From Octopus vulgaris (Eukaryota), in contig OX597818.1 in NCBI GenBank assembly GCA_951406725.2, positions 66,898,001-66,962,000 of the forward strand: a DNA stretch of 64,000 nucleotides. The letters run 5' to 3'. Shown here piece after piece: positions 1 through 15,105 of this stretch (position 1 is the stretch's first letter; each line of letters starts with the position of its first letter). The position numbers and the translations under genes were made by a program. The notes beneath the pieces are model-generated. The model had not been told where the DNA came from and ran no database searches. It saw only the letters and a program-made list of their open reading frames with translations.

Positions 1-595
1 TATAAATTTGTTCTATATTTATTACTCCAGGTCGAAAGGGAGGTATTGAGCAACAATACTTACAGAATTTAGAGCAGTCTTATCTCATATCACCGTAACA
101 ACGATTACTTTGCAATCCTCAAATATATAAGCGAAAAATACTTATACATACCGATAAAATTATTCGTACGGATACCAATATATACATGCGTTTCCCGCGA
201 ATACATTGAAACTAGTCGCCCATCTCAGCCATGTGGCTATTCTCAGGAAGCTTACGGAATAAATATAGTACTCCAGCGTAATTTAGAGACTACAGAACTC
301 AAAGATTGTATATATACTTACCAAATGATGTTATCAGCAATAAAGTGATTATATCAGCGGTTAGCGAATAAAAAATGACCATATGGGTAAAGTATACAAT
401 TATGAAAATGTAATTACAATTCAGGGCGCTGGAATGCCAGTGCTGATACGCTAAAAGATATCAAATTACTATAATCCACTCTACAGTTGCTCTCTATTTA
501 CAACCCCAGGTCGAATGCGAATAAGCATGGAGATTTACAAAATTTCAGAGAATCTGATATTTTAAGATCTAACAATCTGTGCTACAGATTACAGA

Positions 596-598
<3 letters not shown>

Positions 599-659
<61 letters not shown>

Positions 660-731
660 GTATATATATATGTATATATGTATATACATATATATGTATA
701 TATATGTATATATATGTATATATATATATAT

Positions 732-826
<95 letters not shown>

Positions 827-879
827 GTGTGTGTGTGTGTGTGTGTATGTGTGTATGTATATATATATATATATATATG
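599..879. repeat. (TA)n/(TG)n compound microsatellite
   Basis: Seen directly; source of the YIYI/CVCV ORFs. Similar tracts at ~3155-3282, 5510-5563, 13430-13810, 18315-18480, 19392-19650, 25440-25640, 31230-31720, 58088-58240, 61025-61105. Confidence 0.97.
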
Positions 880-1832
880 CAGGGCTTGGAAAAATAATGG
901 AGCCACCTTAAAATTCCAAACAAGGTTAATTTATTAATGAGTAGGACTGCCTTTGGCAGTAATTACTGCTTGAATTCTACGAGGTATGAACTCGTAGAAA
1001 GTTTGAATTGTTCCTGAAGGCAAACCAATGGGCAGGCGGATTTTTAAGATATAGTCACCCACCACAGGGACATATCAACACCGATGTCCCTCCATATTTA
1101 AGAGTTGGAAGAAGGCAGTCTGAGTCAAATGCCTCTTTTGGCTGTCTCCACACGTATACTCGGCCGGTGGAATGAAATGAGGTAAAGGATGACTCGTACG
1201 AGAAAATGACATTCTTCCACTGCTATAGGGACTAATTCTGTGAGTTTTTACTCCACACTAAACGTTTTGCAACGTTTGTTTCTGAAAGATTTCCTGATTG
1301 CCACCCTCCCGTCAAATACGGTCGTGTACAGTTTCCAGCAAACAGTTCTAAAATTAGGTTCTCGAGGTGGTAATTAAGATCTGCAGTAATTTAGGGAGCT
1401 GTACTTTTGCCATCCTTTCTAACGATTCACGTAAGAGTCCGACGGCCTCTCTCTGAAAGTTTTGGATTTCTTCCGGAGTTTTGTTTCAACGAGAAGTTTT
1501 TTTTCTTCTTTCTGAAAGGTTGTCATTACTTTCGAGACAGTACTTCTTGATGCACCAAACATTTCGTCTGCTTTCGTTGCGATAGCGCCTGCCATACGAA
1601 CACCAGTAAATTGACCTGTTTGAAAGTCTGATAGATATGTCCTTTTACTGAATTTTAATTATCTTTTTCTTATGATATCAGAAAAGAAAAAGCAATTTTA
1701 GCAAAGCATATTAAGCAACACTAATAATAAATCAAAAGATATGAAAATAAACAAGCTTTTGACGGTCTTATAGATATGCCAAAATTATAATGCTATGATG
1801 CTTGGTGTTTCCATTATTTTGTCCAACCCTTG
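880..1832 (-). mobile_element. Tc1-family DNA transposon, internally deleted and decayed
   Basis: Imperfect TIRs cagggcttggaaaaataatggagccacc (880) and ggtgtttccattattttgtccaacccttg+TA (to 1832). The minus strand gives broken Tc1 transposase peptides: LSDFQTGQFTGVRMAGA..FGASRSTVSKVMT..NSGRNPKLSERGRRTL and WKNVIFSYESSF..GRVYVWRQPKEAFDSDCLLPTLKYGG. Confidence 0.88.
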
Positions 1833-3153
1833 TATATAGAGTAGACTACTCGCGACAAAATTCGGCGAGTATAGAATGTCCAATAAGTTATGTTTGATAG
1901 TTTGATACTAAAACATATCACCAAATAAATTGCAGATTAATTAATGTATACACATATATATACACAAATGCACACACTTACACGCAGGTGACAGTAAGTA
2001 TTGATACAAAGTGACATATACGTGTTTGTCTGTTTGTGTATGGGTGTGTGTGGGTGTGTGTGTGTGTGTGTGTGTGTGTAAAGACTGCAAGAAATGACAG
2101 CCATAAAATGGACAAACCAATATTTCGATTTTTTGAACACCATGTGAGACGCCAAACAAGCTTACGTTAAGTATATATGACTTCTGAGTATAAACGATGT
2201 TCGGTTTCATGTCAGCTGATGGACAAAATAAGGTAAAAGTAGCTATTGTTAAACATGTATAGTTATAGCAGTGACAGTTAAAGTTTATAGTATACAAAAT
2301 GGTTAATAACTTCTCAGTAACACAATAATGTGGAAGTGTTACTAACTAAATTACAAAATATAGGTGTATTAAAATATTTACTGACAGGCGATTAAATACT
2401 GTATGGGGATCAGCAACATTTTATGTGACACGTGTGAATTGTAGGAAAGCATTTTCAATGTAGTGTGAACGCATACTGTAACAGTAGAAATATATTACTA
2501 TACCCTCCTAGGAAATTATGCCCAATTTAAAATATAACTTATAGAAGTAATGTTTGAGTTAACTATATTGACGCAAACGGATATAGAGTCAAGAGAAGAT
2601 TATATAATCTACTCAAAATATTAAGTGGTACAATAAAGACTATATGAACGTTTGCAAATAACAGAGTTAAATGCTGTTCGTGGCTGTAACACTTTTAGGT
2701 TAATCTAAACTTTTCATTGAGTGGATTTTAGTAAGTGATATACTTCATTAAGATACAGAACGTAATTGCTGTTACAGACAATTTCTAATAGTTTGATGCC
2801 AATGATAATGGTATACACTTAACACTATCCAGTCGCATAAACATCAAGGGAAACATCAACTATTCACATTAACGAATATAAAAACTTTAATAGGTCTGTA
2901 TGAGGACTTAACTTAAAATGGTTAGTGAAACTTTAAAACCAGTCTGATTTTATGCCTTCAAAAATACACAAACACGCTGGGCGCATTCATTCAACTCAAT
3001 CCCACACATTCGGAAGCAAGTTTGCTAACAGCATGTGTGCACACGCGAAAATACACCCATTCACCTGTGTGTACGCATAATACGTAATTACATAAATGTA
3101 TATATATATATATGTCCGTGTATATAGTATGTTTATACACATTTCAAAGTAAG

Positions 3154-3281
<128 letters not shown>

Positions 3282-3500
3282 GTAGGGTATGAGAGATATT
3301 GGTGTGAAGAAGACCCAAAGGAATCAGGTAATACTGAGTAAGTGATATGAACAGACTATAGTTCAGCTCCAGGTTCGTTAATGATACGAATGAAGAATTC
3401 AACGTTGCTCACATATTAGCGAGCATATATATGAAAATTAACAGAATGAGATAAAAAATCCAAGGCTGTGAATGACTTTCAGAACATTTATAAAGAGAAT

Positions 3501-3548
3501 GTCTTACAGCTGATTCCAGGATATTTTATATGTCTTTTCATCAGAGAC
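3501..3548 (-). ncRNA. Minimal type I hammerhead-like motif (degenerate)
   Basis: Minus strand: gtct-CTGATGA-aaagacatataaaatatcct-GGAAT-CAGCT-GTA-agac. Stem I gtct/agac; GAAA segment damaged. Confidence 0.6.
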
Positions 3549-3819
3549 GGTACGAGAGAATGCTTAAGTAATTGTTATTATAGGGAAGATATGAAATACA
3601 GAGTGAAGTGGAGGAATGAAAACAAACGTGAGATACGCAAGGATATTGTATTTGCAGAATGGCGTATATATATATAAGTCTCCTGTACAATACTGCTTAA
3701 ATAATTCAACTTCAAATGCAATATCCTTGCGTATCTCACGTCTGATTTCATTCCTCCACTTCATTGTGCATTTCATATATTCTTTACAATAACGATTACT
3801 TAAACCTTTTTCTCGTACC

Positions 3820-3867
3820 GTCTCTGATTATGGGAGACGTAATAAATCCCGGAAACAGCTGTAAGAC
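3820..3867 (+). ncRNA. Minimal type I hammerhead-like motif (degenerate)
   Basis: gtct-CTGATTA-tggga..tcccg-GAAAC-AGCT-GTA-agac. Stem I gtct/agac, stem II ggga/tccc, palindromic stem III ACAGCTGT, GUA triplet; G8 mutated. Confidence 0.65.
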
Positions 3868-5139
3868 CTCTTTATAAATGCTCTGAAAACCACTCACAGC
3901 CTTGAATTTTTTTATCTCATTTTGTTAATATATATATATGTGTGTGTGTGTGTGTACATATATATATATATATATATACATATATACATATACATATGTA
4001 TATATGTCTATATATATATGCATGTGTGTGGGGGGTATCGATATACAGTGTTTACAATATTGCATATCATATATATATATATTTATATATATATATGTAT
4101 ATACACAAGTACCAATGCATATAAAGACACACACACATACACATAGTCATATATATAAATGTTTAGTAACACATTGAAGCATGGAATATATAATTCGAAC
4201 CTAATTGTGGAGATGCTGTTTGGAGTTGATTGAATAAAAGTTATCGTATACAGAATGGTGTATGAAATTATGTATAAAATCTCCAGCAGCTGTTTCTAAA
4301 ATAGCTGTGCATACGTTGCATATATCAGAGATAAAAAAATAGAAAGGGAAATGCTCCTATGATTTATTGTATATGTGTTTGACATTACAGCATTATGCAG
4401 TTCCATCTGTATTCCTTCTTTCTCTTTCTTCACTCTTTTTTTCTCTCTCTCTTTCTTTCTCTCTCTCTATATATGCATATATATAGTATTTAAAAAAATA
4501 GGAGATGGAATGTCTAATAGATTTTATTGGGTACAGCACATATTTCCACACGTGCTAAATCTCTTCAGGTAAATAGAAAGTCTCACTAGAGATATCTTGA
4601 GTCGACTTACGTACGGCTATGTGTCCATAAGATAAGACAAATTAAACCCAGACACGCTAGGATCAGCAATAAATTAAACACCTAATCCCAACAAAATCTA
4701 ATTGCTGCTCTAAACAACCACCCAAACAGAACGAGCGGAAAATATAAAAAAAAGCACGATGCCATTTGGTATAACCTAATTTGGAGCTCCAACTTTTCAT
4801 CTCAGATCGCAAAACCATTTTTCATCTCACTCGATCGCTGATTCCATCACAATGGAGTGTACAGCAAAATATTCAACCATCACAATATATAACTATCCGA
4901 TGCAAATTCGTCAAAGTTACAGCACCATATTCACAGGATGAACAACCGTAAACCGAAGATTTCTCCCGGAGACTTTAATAAGCAAATAGTGGAGAGAAAA
5001 GTAATAAACTGAGAATAAAGCATACTACTCTAACTCGGGTATTTGAGTACTCTTTTTTCCACCTTGTTTCATATTTATGTGCTCACTCTTCTATATATGT
5101 ATGTATTTGTATATATATATTTATACGTATATATTTATA

Positions 5140-5368
5140 TTTTTACATGCAAAATTTAAAGGACTGACCACTAAAAGTGGACCGTCTATATGCTAGATAT
5201 AGACGTCAAAATCGCTATTTTCCACGAAGAAAAAACTCAGCAAGACCAAAGTGTAAAAATGCTGAGTTCTTTCTTGAGAACACATTCTTCGTGGAAAATA
5301 GCAATTTTGACGTCTATATCTAGTATATAGACTAGTTGTCAGTCCTTTAAATATTGTATGTAAAAAAT
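5140..5368. mobile_element. Short foldback element between TA-rich tracts
   Basis: ttttacatgcaaaatttaaaggactgac..tagatatagacgtcaaaatcgctattttccacgaagaa is mirrored by ttcttcgtggaaaatagcaattttgacgtctatatcta..gtcagtcctttaaatattgtatgtaaaaa. A related end (accactaagtggac..tagatgtagac) occurs at ~35930. Confidence 0.7.
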
Positions 5369-5507
5369 ATTTTTAATCTTCGGATTTTTTTAAATATGCT
5401 AAGCCACTGGTTTTAATTGATTAATATCAATTTCTACCCTAATTTAATTTTAACATATATATCTATACATATATGCACATACATACACACACGTACATGT
5501 ATGCATA

Positions 5508-5569
<62 letters not shown>

Positions 5570-6451
5570 CATACATACACGCAAACACATATACACACGC
5601 CTGCGCACTATGTTTCCTAATCATTTTCCATTACATTCTCATCAATTTCTCTTTCAAGAGAATATGAATTTCAACTTAGAAGTTTTAAAAATATTCTCTA
5701 AGTAATTTCATCTTTCTTATGGCATAAATAAACAAAAATCCTAATTTTTTTCCATCCGTATTTTTAATTAATTTACATTAAGAAGAGCAGGACAAAAAAT
5801 TACTCTTACTTAAATTCTAAGATCATTAATCTGCAAAATAGATCACTTAAGGCCTATTTAAATACTGCTTTTTTTAGACGAATAAATGTTTTCTCTATTT
5901 ATACAAATGTTATATAGTTTTGTTTGTTTGCTTTTAAGTAGTCAATAGATATATTTTTTATTTCAGTTTTGACAAGTGAGGAATTGATTTTGTTTTATCG
6001 TTATTATTTATGCTTTTCTTTCTGTATTTTTTTTCTAGTATTTGTAGTGACTTAGAAATCTTTGAACGGATTTTTAAATTATAGAAATATAAAATGTCTA
6101 TTTTTCATTCTCATTATATGAATGATAAGTGAAATTGCTTTCTGTCAAAAGATTTCTGTTCTTGACATGCTCAGGATTGCTCCGACCAAACATAATTCAG
6201 CTTTTAAAGAGAACAATTATTGCTTGAATAACGTCGACGTGCATTAATTAACAACGATATAAAAGAGAAGCTGAGTGAAAATATTTTACCTCCTTTAATG
6301 TTTTCAACCAAAATATCCTTCAGCGTTCATCTATTCATGAAAATAAAATGAAACAAAGAGGTGGAACAGAAGGAACAAACGATTTTGAAATATTGCCGTA
6401 AGTAAATTTTTTCACATACAGAACTTATTCACATAGGGATAAGTTAGCATG

Positions 6452-6452
6452 G

Positions 6453-6544
<92 letters not shown>

Positions 6545-6590
6545 TATTATTATTATTTTTATTATTATTATTATTATCATCATCATCATC
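6452..6590. repeat. (ATT)n/(ATC)n microsatellite; tail or target of the adjacent R4/Dong element
   Basis: Seen directly. Confidence 0.95.
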
Positions 6591-7516
<926 letters not shown>

Positions 7517-7584
7517 ATGAAAACTCTTATTTTGCTGGGTATGATGGAAAGTGACAGACTAAGTTGACACTTGTTTTCTGGCCA

Positions 7585-7743
7585 TGAGTGAGAGTGCAGC
7601 ACATTCCATCAAAGTGACACTGGGGTAAAATATACAAAGCCCAATACACCCATCATTACTACCCGTCTGATAAGGGTGCACCAGGCACAGCATGAGATCC
7701 ATATGTGTTCGACATAGTGATCTAATATCAAGATAAACAGTGA
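7585..7743 (-). mobile_element. Partial copy of the (TAA)n-associated repeat at 56131-56562
   Basis: ccatcaaagtgacactggggtaaaatatac..actacccgtctgataagggt..tatcaagataaac is the reverse complement of ~56410-56562. Confidence 0.8.
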
Positions 7744-8078
7744 CTGGCTTTGGAGTTGGGGCTCAGTCATAATGTTATTTTATCTTGAGTAGCTCTTACC
7801 ACTCAAATGATCCCTTCGAAAATTTTTTGGAGTTCTAAAGAATGGTGATTTATGTAGGTCTTCTGCCTCCAAACTTGCACCGATCTTTTTCAGCCATGTT
7901 GGTAGTTCAGTAGTGATATTGGTGTTGCGTTTACTCTCGCCATTGACCACAACCTTTGTATTTCCAAATTTCCAACCTTTTTTATTCTTATTATCGCTTT
8001 ATCACCGATTTTGTTAGAATTCCCCCCAAATTTCCAAAACTTAGTACCATTAATAATAATAATAATAATAATAATAGA

Positions 8079-8145
<67 letters not shown>

Positions 8146-8190
8146 TCTTTAATAAGTTTTATAATATTTTATATGAAGTGTATTTATATA

Positions 8191-8598
8191 CTCTTTTACT
8201 CTTTCACTTGTTTCAGTCATTTGCTTGCGGCCATGCTGGAGCACCGCCTTTAGTCGAGCAAATTGACACCGGGACTTATTCTTTGTAAGCCCAGTACTTA
8301 TTCTTTCGTTCTCTTTTTGCCGAACTGCTAGGTGACGGGGACATAAACACACCAGCATTGGTTGTCAAGCAATGCTAGGGGGACAAACACAGACACGCAA
8401 ACATATACACACACATATATATATATACATATATACGACAGGATTCTTTCAGTTTCCTTCTACCAAATCCACTCACAAGGCATTGGTCGGCCCGGGGCTA
8501 TAGCAGAAGACACTTGCCCAAGATGCCACGCAGTGGGACTGAACTCGGAACCATGTGGTTGGTAAGCAAGCTACTTACCACACAGACACTCCTGCGCC
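8191..8598 (-). mobile_element. tRNA-derived SINE, family A (full length)
   Basis: Minus-strand head ggcgcaggagtgtctgtgtggtaagtagcttgcttaccaaccacatggttccgagttcagtcccactgcg has Pol III A/B-box-like motifs; internal microsatellite; A-rich tail. Other copies at 10240-10652 and a head fragment at ~61672-61735. Confidence 0.85.
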
Positions 8599-8764
8599 TA
8601 TATGTTTATAATTGAAGTAGAACCTGTGACACAATTACATCAGTAGCCGTAGCAGTATCAGAATTATCGGCCTCGGCAGCATTAGTAGTAATATTAGCTG
8701 TAATATTCTAATATTTATTGATAAGATCTCAGAGTTTATTCATTAGTTCTACCTGTTATAGTCT

Positions 8765-8932
8765 CAAGGCATAAAATATTGCGGGTGGCGGGTAGTCGAT
8801 TACGTCATCCTTAGAGATCAAGTGGTACTTTTTTATGGACTTTAAAAGGATGAGAATCAAAATATTTTTAACCCAGAATTTCACTTTTGTATTTAAAAAC
8901 AAAGAAATGCCGCTAAGCATTTTGCCCAGCTC
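8765..8932 (-). mobile_element. SINE family C fragment (degenerate)
   Basis: Shares caaggc..gtcgatta..ggtactt..aaaggatga..ccgctaagcattttgccc with copies at 44697-45260 and 46085-46283. Confidence 0.6.
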
Positions 8933-10239
8933 GCGGATTATTGATAGTAAAAAATTCGAGGATAATATATTTTTGAATGTGATACATTATGAAATGCAAG
9001 ATTGAAATCTAATTCTATGCGTTAATTATTTTCCCCTTCGAATGAGAAAAGAAAAGAATAATTCTTTTGCGAATAAAATACTTTTTCATACCCTACACAA
9101 CCAATCAAAGGGAGAGATGTTTTAATTGTTCAAAAAATTAAATTAATTTTTAACAGATGCACACGCAAACACACATCCAAGCACATTTATATACTTATAA
9201 GCATATATACTTTAGCAAAAATGAGTTTGTATAAATGTAAAGTAGAATATTTACGATATCTAAATATCAGAAAGCCCGAGTTGTCAAAGGGTATCAGAGG
9301 AAGATAAACACATTCCAGATAGGAATTCCACGTGCGAGAATAAGTCAGTTCAGAATATTTGACTTAACATTATTATAGTTCTGTGACTACTCTTCCGTGA
9401 AACCATGCCTAAGTTCTTCACACGGCCATTCGCCGTTCACTGAACTTTTTACGTTGTGTTTTCAAATCCCGTTGATGTCATCTTTATTCATTTTATCAAC
9501 ATATTCGTTAGAACAATGCAATGGAGTCGATTTACTAGAGTCAATTCCTGTTCTCCACATTGCTGACATATTTTTCACTAAATTAGAAACAGTTGCTGCT
9601 GCTGTTATTATCTTTAAACGATTCGAATTTGTTGCTTTCATTGCAAGACAGAAGACATTTCTGAAAGTCTTCGTTATGAGCAATTGCGTTTGTAATTTGC
9701 ATTATATTAATTACATTCTCAGCAGTAAGTATGTAGTAATTGTATTATAGTGCTATGGTGTATCTTTTGCACATATTAGTTGTTCCTTCCGTTTGGCATG
9801 TTTGTTATACGGTTATGTTTTTATAATTCATTCGATACTGACATGAATTGATAGGTTCCCTTTTTAGCCGAAAAAATGTTTTCTGTTATATCTTCAGCAT
9901 TACAGTAACTTCATGGCTTTACATTTGAATGATAAAATCTGTGAAAACGGGGGTAATATATAGGGGGCGACAAGAGTAGATCCCGGCAAAACTCAAATTG
10001 GTGATCAAAGAATATTATTGAGATAGCACAGCTATTGGCCCTTGCGTTTGGTTAAATATCGGGTAACAGACAAACAATGAATGCCAGTTATAGGAAAGTA
10101 GAGGAGGGAATGTTTTGTGATGTATACTTTGATCTTCATGTTGAGTGTACAGAACACAAATTATATATATATATATTCCTCTCATATAGTCGTAATAAAT
10201 CACTGAACTAAACAATTGAAATCTGATGCAATTCTAGAT

Positions 10240-10436
10240 ATTCTTTTATTTCTTTAATTGTTTCAGCCATTTGAGTGCGGCCATGCTGGAGTACCGGCTT
10301 TAAAAGAACAGTTCGACCCCAGGACCTATTCTTTGTAAGCCTAATACTCGAACTCATTTGCTGAGCCGCTAAGCTACGGAGACGTAAACACACCAAGACC
10401 GGTTGTTAAGTGATGGTGGGGGACGAAAACAGACAG

Positions 10437-10508
<72 letters not shown>

Positions 10509-10652
10509 CCATCCGATGGGCTTCTTTCAATTTCTGTCTAAGAAATCCACTCACAAGGCTCTATGCGGCCGGAGGCTATAGTAAAAGACATTTGCCCAAG
10601 GTGCCATGCAGTGAGACTGAACGCGGAGTGATGTGGTTGGTAAGCAAGCTAC
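10240..10652 (-). mobile_element. tRNA-derived SINE, family A
   Basis: Colinear with 8191-8598 (tgcggccatgctggag..aaatccactcacaaggc..ttgcccaaggtgccatgcagtg..tggttggtaagcaagct). Confidence 0.85.
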
Positions 10653-11154
10653 ACATACACACGCACACACATATACACACACACACAAACATATATATAC
10701 GCACATTATCCTTTATCACATTCTGGTGTTGATGGCCTGTAATCTTTCTATCATAAATCCTAACGAATGTGACTTTCATTTGCTTGCGTGGCAAACCAAA
10801 TAATTAAGATCAAAACAAATATTGGTTTTGATTTACTGAGCTAATCCATCAAATGCAATTACAGCGTTGTGCTTTGTCGGTATTAATTACGGTATTCTTA
10901 TTTTCGTGTTTAAAAGTAACGTACGTTAATTAAAAGAAACAAAGAAATAAGCTCAGATCTGAACTGAGTTAAACAGCCATATATTCGAATACCTTTCCAA
11001 ATAGAAATTTAACGTTAAATCGAACTGAAGCGAAAAAAATTTACGTTTGTTTTTTGTCGAATTGGTTCGGTATAGCAGAGGTAACAATATTACAAAGGAA
11101 GTAGCGAGCCTTCTAAATCACATTACAATGTGCTTACACAAAATTTTAATAAAT

Positions 11155-11206
<52 letters not shown>

Positions 11207-11371
11207 ATATATATATATGTATATATGGGGAAAGAAAAAATACGGTGAAAATGAAGAGGGTGTACGATTCGCAGCTGTATAGTGACCACTACAGGTTTCG
11301 ATACAACATAGATCTACATATATACAGGAGGTGAATTTGTATGTGCGTGTGTGTTTTTGTGTGCGTGTGTT

Positions 11372-11418
<47 letters not shown>

Positions 11419-13543
11419 ATAACAACAAAAGGCAGCATATGCATGGCTGAATTGCCTGAGAGACGCTCATTCCTTTCCGAAGTGTTGTTCAGCTTGACGA
11501 TGAACTTTTCACTGAGCTTATTTGTGTACATTAGAAGAACATTTTGCTCATATGTGTATTCGTAAGTTTTCACTTTGGATCCAAACTTGCAAATATTTGG
11601 CATTTCTCGATACACCACTTTCCATGGTAAAATATAAAGTCTGTCGTATTCTTTCAACATGTTTCCCGATAAAAGGTTTAATAATTTAGAGCGATATGCA
11701 AAACCGTGACCATACGGCTATTTGTACTAAATCTTGGATGAAATGCTTACATATTTACTGCAGGTTTAGCAATGTCTAAAGATTAGTTCCATTTCACGCA
11801 GCTTAATATAATGAAATAATTGAGAAATGTACCATTCTCAAATCGGTCCACCAACTGTAGTGCCATTGCAATGGAAACGTTATAATTCTTTTTCCCGCTC
11901 GCACTTAATCTAAGATTTGCAGCAAATGTGTAGAATTTCATTGTTTTCAGCTGACTACTAGCTATTATATAACATTTCTCATTATTTAGTGTTTTACCTT
12001 GCACAGTAAACTATCATTTAAATTCCAATGCGTATTGTTGTACAACAGCATCACGTGGAATACTGTTAATTTCATTCAATGGAATATTGTCTTTTCCTTT
12101 GACTTTGTGTAGGTTTTATTTTTATGTCAATAATAATATATTATCGCAGATTCTTCTGTTCTAGAATTGTGTTGTTCTAGTTGAATAATTATAATATGAG
12201 GACTGTAAGCAAACGGAGAATGAGCATTAATCCATAATCTGCCACAAGCAAAAGAACATTAATGCCATTGACTCATTGCATTAGATAGCCATTAATATCA
12301 GCTCAAAAAAATAATACTGTAATTTTATTAATGCTATCAAGTCTCGAAATGGATCTGTTATTGTCCTTCAAGGCATGGAATTAATTTAATTTCGTCATAG
12401 TTAGATTGTACATGTCAGCACATCATTCAATAAGAGCTTTCACATTGCTGTTATGCTCTTCTTATTCTACGACTGAGAAGCTTTAATTCCCGTTCTTCAG
12501 GCAATTCACTATTTCACACTGTTGTGATTGATATTTTTTCCAAGTAATTCGGTTGTTTTTATGGGTGTTTTTTTTATCCTTAGATGCCATTGATCATGGT
12601 TTAATTAAAGAGGAAGTTAATTGGAAAAAAGTAAGTTAAGTGACTTTAAAAACAACATATATTTAAAATGTAGAAATTGTAAAAAATGCAATTTCAATCT
12701 AATGTTAAAATAACTTCTCAAATCCTAAGGCTAGTGCTTAACTCCGAAATTTTTACAAGTTGGGATTTAAAAAGCTTCCACCAGCAAAGAAGGAAATCGA
12801 ATAAAGTTAAACATTTCTTATTTAAAAAGCTACTCCCCAATGGTTATCTAAGTCAATGATAGATTCAATAAATTTCATAGAAGGTTAATGAAATAATGTG
12901 TGTATAACGTTATGGAGAGAAGCATTGTTACGGAATAAATATACAAAGGTCCTTGTAAATCAAATTCCAAGAAAGCCTACGAGAAAACAAGAAAAAATAA
13001 TCAGCAGAGAATTCATAGGTATAATCATTTAAGACGGAATATTAAATATATATAAACATGAATAATATTTGTCTTTCTTTTTTATATATAAAATTACAAA
13101 ATTACATAGAGAAAGACTTAGATGAGTGAATCTCTCAATAACATGCGTGTATATGTGTACCTCTGTGCGGTGTGTGTGTCAGTGTCTGTGTGCATAAGAA
13201 TTCGTAGGTATGTCTGTAAATGCATGCATAGTATGTACGTGTGTGTATATATATATATATATATACATATGTGTGTGTGTATGTATGTGTATAGCTTTTT
13301 CCGCCTGAATGAGGCATTTTATATGAACAATATTAAACAGGAAATACTGTAAAATATATTCTGCTTCATGCCTCAATGATTTCCTTAGCAATTACATCAA
13401 TATACCCTCATAGATAATTCACTTGAGATTATATATATATTTGTACCTATCTATCTATCTACCTATCTCTCTCTCTCTATTTATCTATCTATCTATCTAT
13501 CTATCTATATATATATATATGTCTATTTATATATCTATTTACA

Positions 13544-13596
<53 letters not shown>

Positions 13597-13597
13597 A

Positions 13598-13630
<33 letters not shown>

Positions 13631-13735
13631 TCACGTAACATATGCAAATATACATCCCTGTATATATATATATCAATCTACTTACCAAAAGACACAGACA
13701 TACACACACATACACCCGCCCGCAAAAACACATGC

Positions 13736-13813
<78 letters not shown>

Positions 13814-15058
13814 ATATATACATATTTATGTATATATGTGGGTGCGTATCGATTAAAGTTAAAATATTTTTTTTCGTACCATTAGAGTAAAGATCAATAC
13901 TAAGAATGAGGTGGAGAGTAAAATCAATGAGAAATTGACAGAGTGATTGAGGGAAAAAGAGAACGAGCAGCAGAGACTGAGGAACAGATAAAGCGAGGGA
14001 GAGAGGCAGAGAGGGAGAGAGAGAGAAAGAGAGAGAGAGAGAGATATGGGGGCGATAAAAAATTAGAAGAAATCTTGAACGGAAGGGGAGAGAGAATGAA
14101 CCATACTTTGCAAGGTTTGTTTCAACACGCACCAATTTCATTTCAGACGGATGTTTTCATTTAAAGAACTCATTGAACTCAGTTGATGCGTATATTCTCT
14201 TGGGTAAGGAGATAGAAGGATTAAGATATACACACTATATCTATCTGTTTTGTTCTTTGATAATTGATTTTAAATAAAAAAATATTGTAAGAAAATAATT
14301 GTCAGAATCCTTTTTACTTCACAAATATGACAATATTTTGAACTAATATATGAAGTATGTGTTATGATTTATTCCACTTCATTGTATTTTAAATAGAATC
14401 GGTGATACTGTTTCTCCAAATGTGTTTTGTATATCAGTAAATGTTATACATAACGAGATATGGACGTGAAACATGAATGCAGTTAAACTATGATGCATGC
14501 AGCAAAGAAATACCTAATGAAAACACAGTAAAAATCAAACAAGTTTAGAGGACGTAACGAAAAATTGAGAGTGCTATCAAAAATTGGGCGGAGAATATTT
14601 GTATAGTCTGACGTTGTTGCATAATGAGTAACGTGATAATAATCATAACTTTTAACTTTGCTATACTGCACACACAGAATACAAGTTATTGTAAACGTTA
14701 AAGCAATTTCCAAGTTGTAGTTTAATTGAAAACACAGCAGTTGAATTGCATTGAAAAATTAAATTTGAAAAATAGTTACATAGATGCGGTATGTGTGGAA
14801 CTACATTGATTTAATAGTTTCCTTAATAAAGAGATAAATCTGACGGAAACAAAATACAGTAGAATATATAAGGAATATATTAAGATTATCGAAATCAAAA
14901 TCTTTAGACATAACACCAGTTATGCTACAATATTTTTTCATCCTTGACATGATCTTGTGTAAGTGCGTTTAGCAACACGTATCTGCACGCAAACACAAGA
15001 ACGCATAAATAAATATAAACATAAAAAAAGGCTCATGAATAGTCATGCTTAAATATGT

Positions 15059-15105
<47 letters not shown>

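Larger units (their letters stand above)
3437..3929. mobile_element. Foldback element with ~220-bp inverted arms, each carrying a hammerhead motif (Penelope pLTR-like)
   Basis: 3437-~3657 is the diverged reverse complement of ~3712-3929; TA-rich flanks; non-coding. Confidence 0.8.

Noticed and set aside
487-937. ORFs of [12 protein letters not shown] composition here and throughout
   Set aside because: Translations of dinucleotide microsatellites, which lack stop codons.
4640-5000. Possible LINE AP-endonuclease remnant (GDFN motif)
   Set aside because: Only one short motif; too degenerate to call.
6324-6397. Plus-strand exon candidate (MKQRGGTEGTNDFEILP, donor gtaagt)
   Set aside because: Isolated; phase incompatible with the next candidate at 9512; no homology.
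8520-8598. tRNA gene
   Set aside because: A/B-box head continues into a SINE body; no complete cloverleaf.
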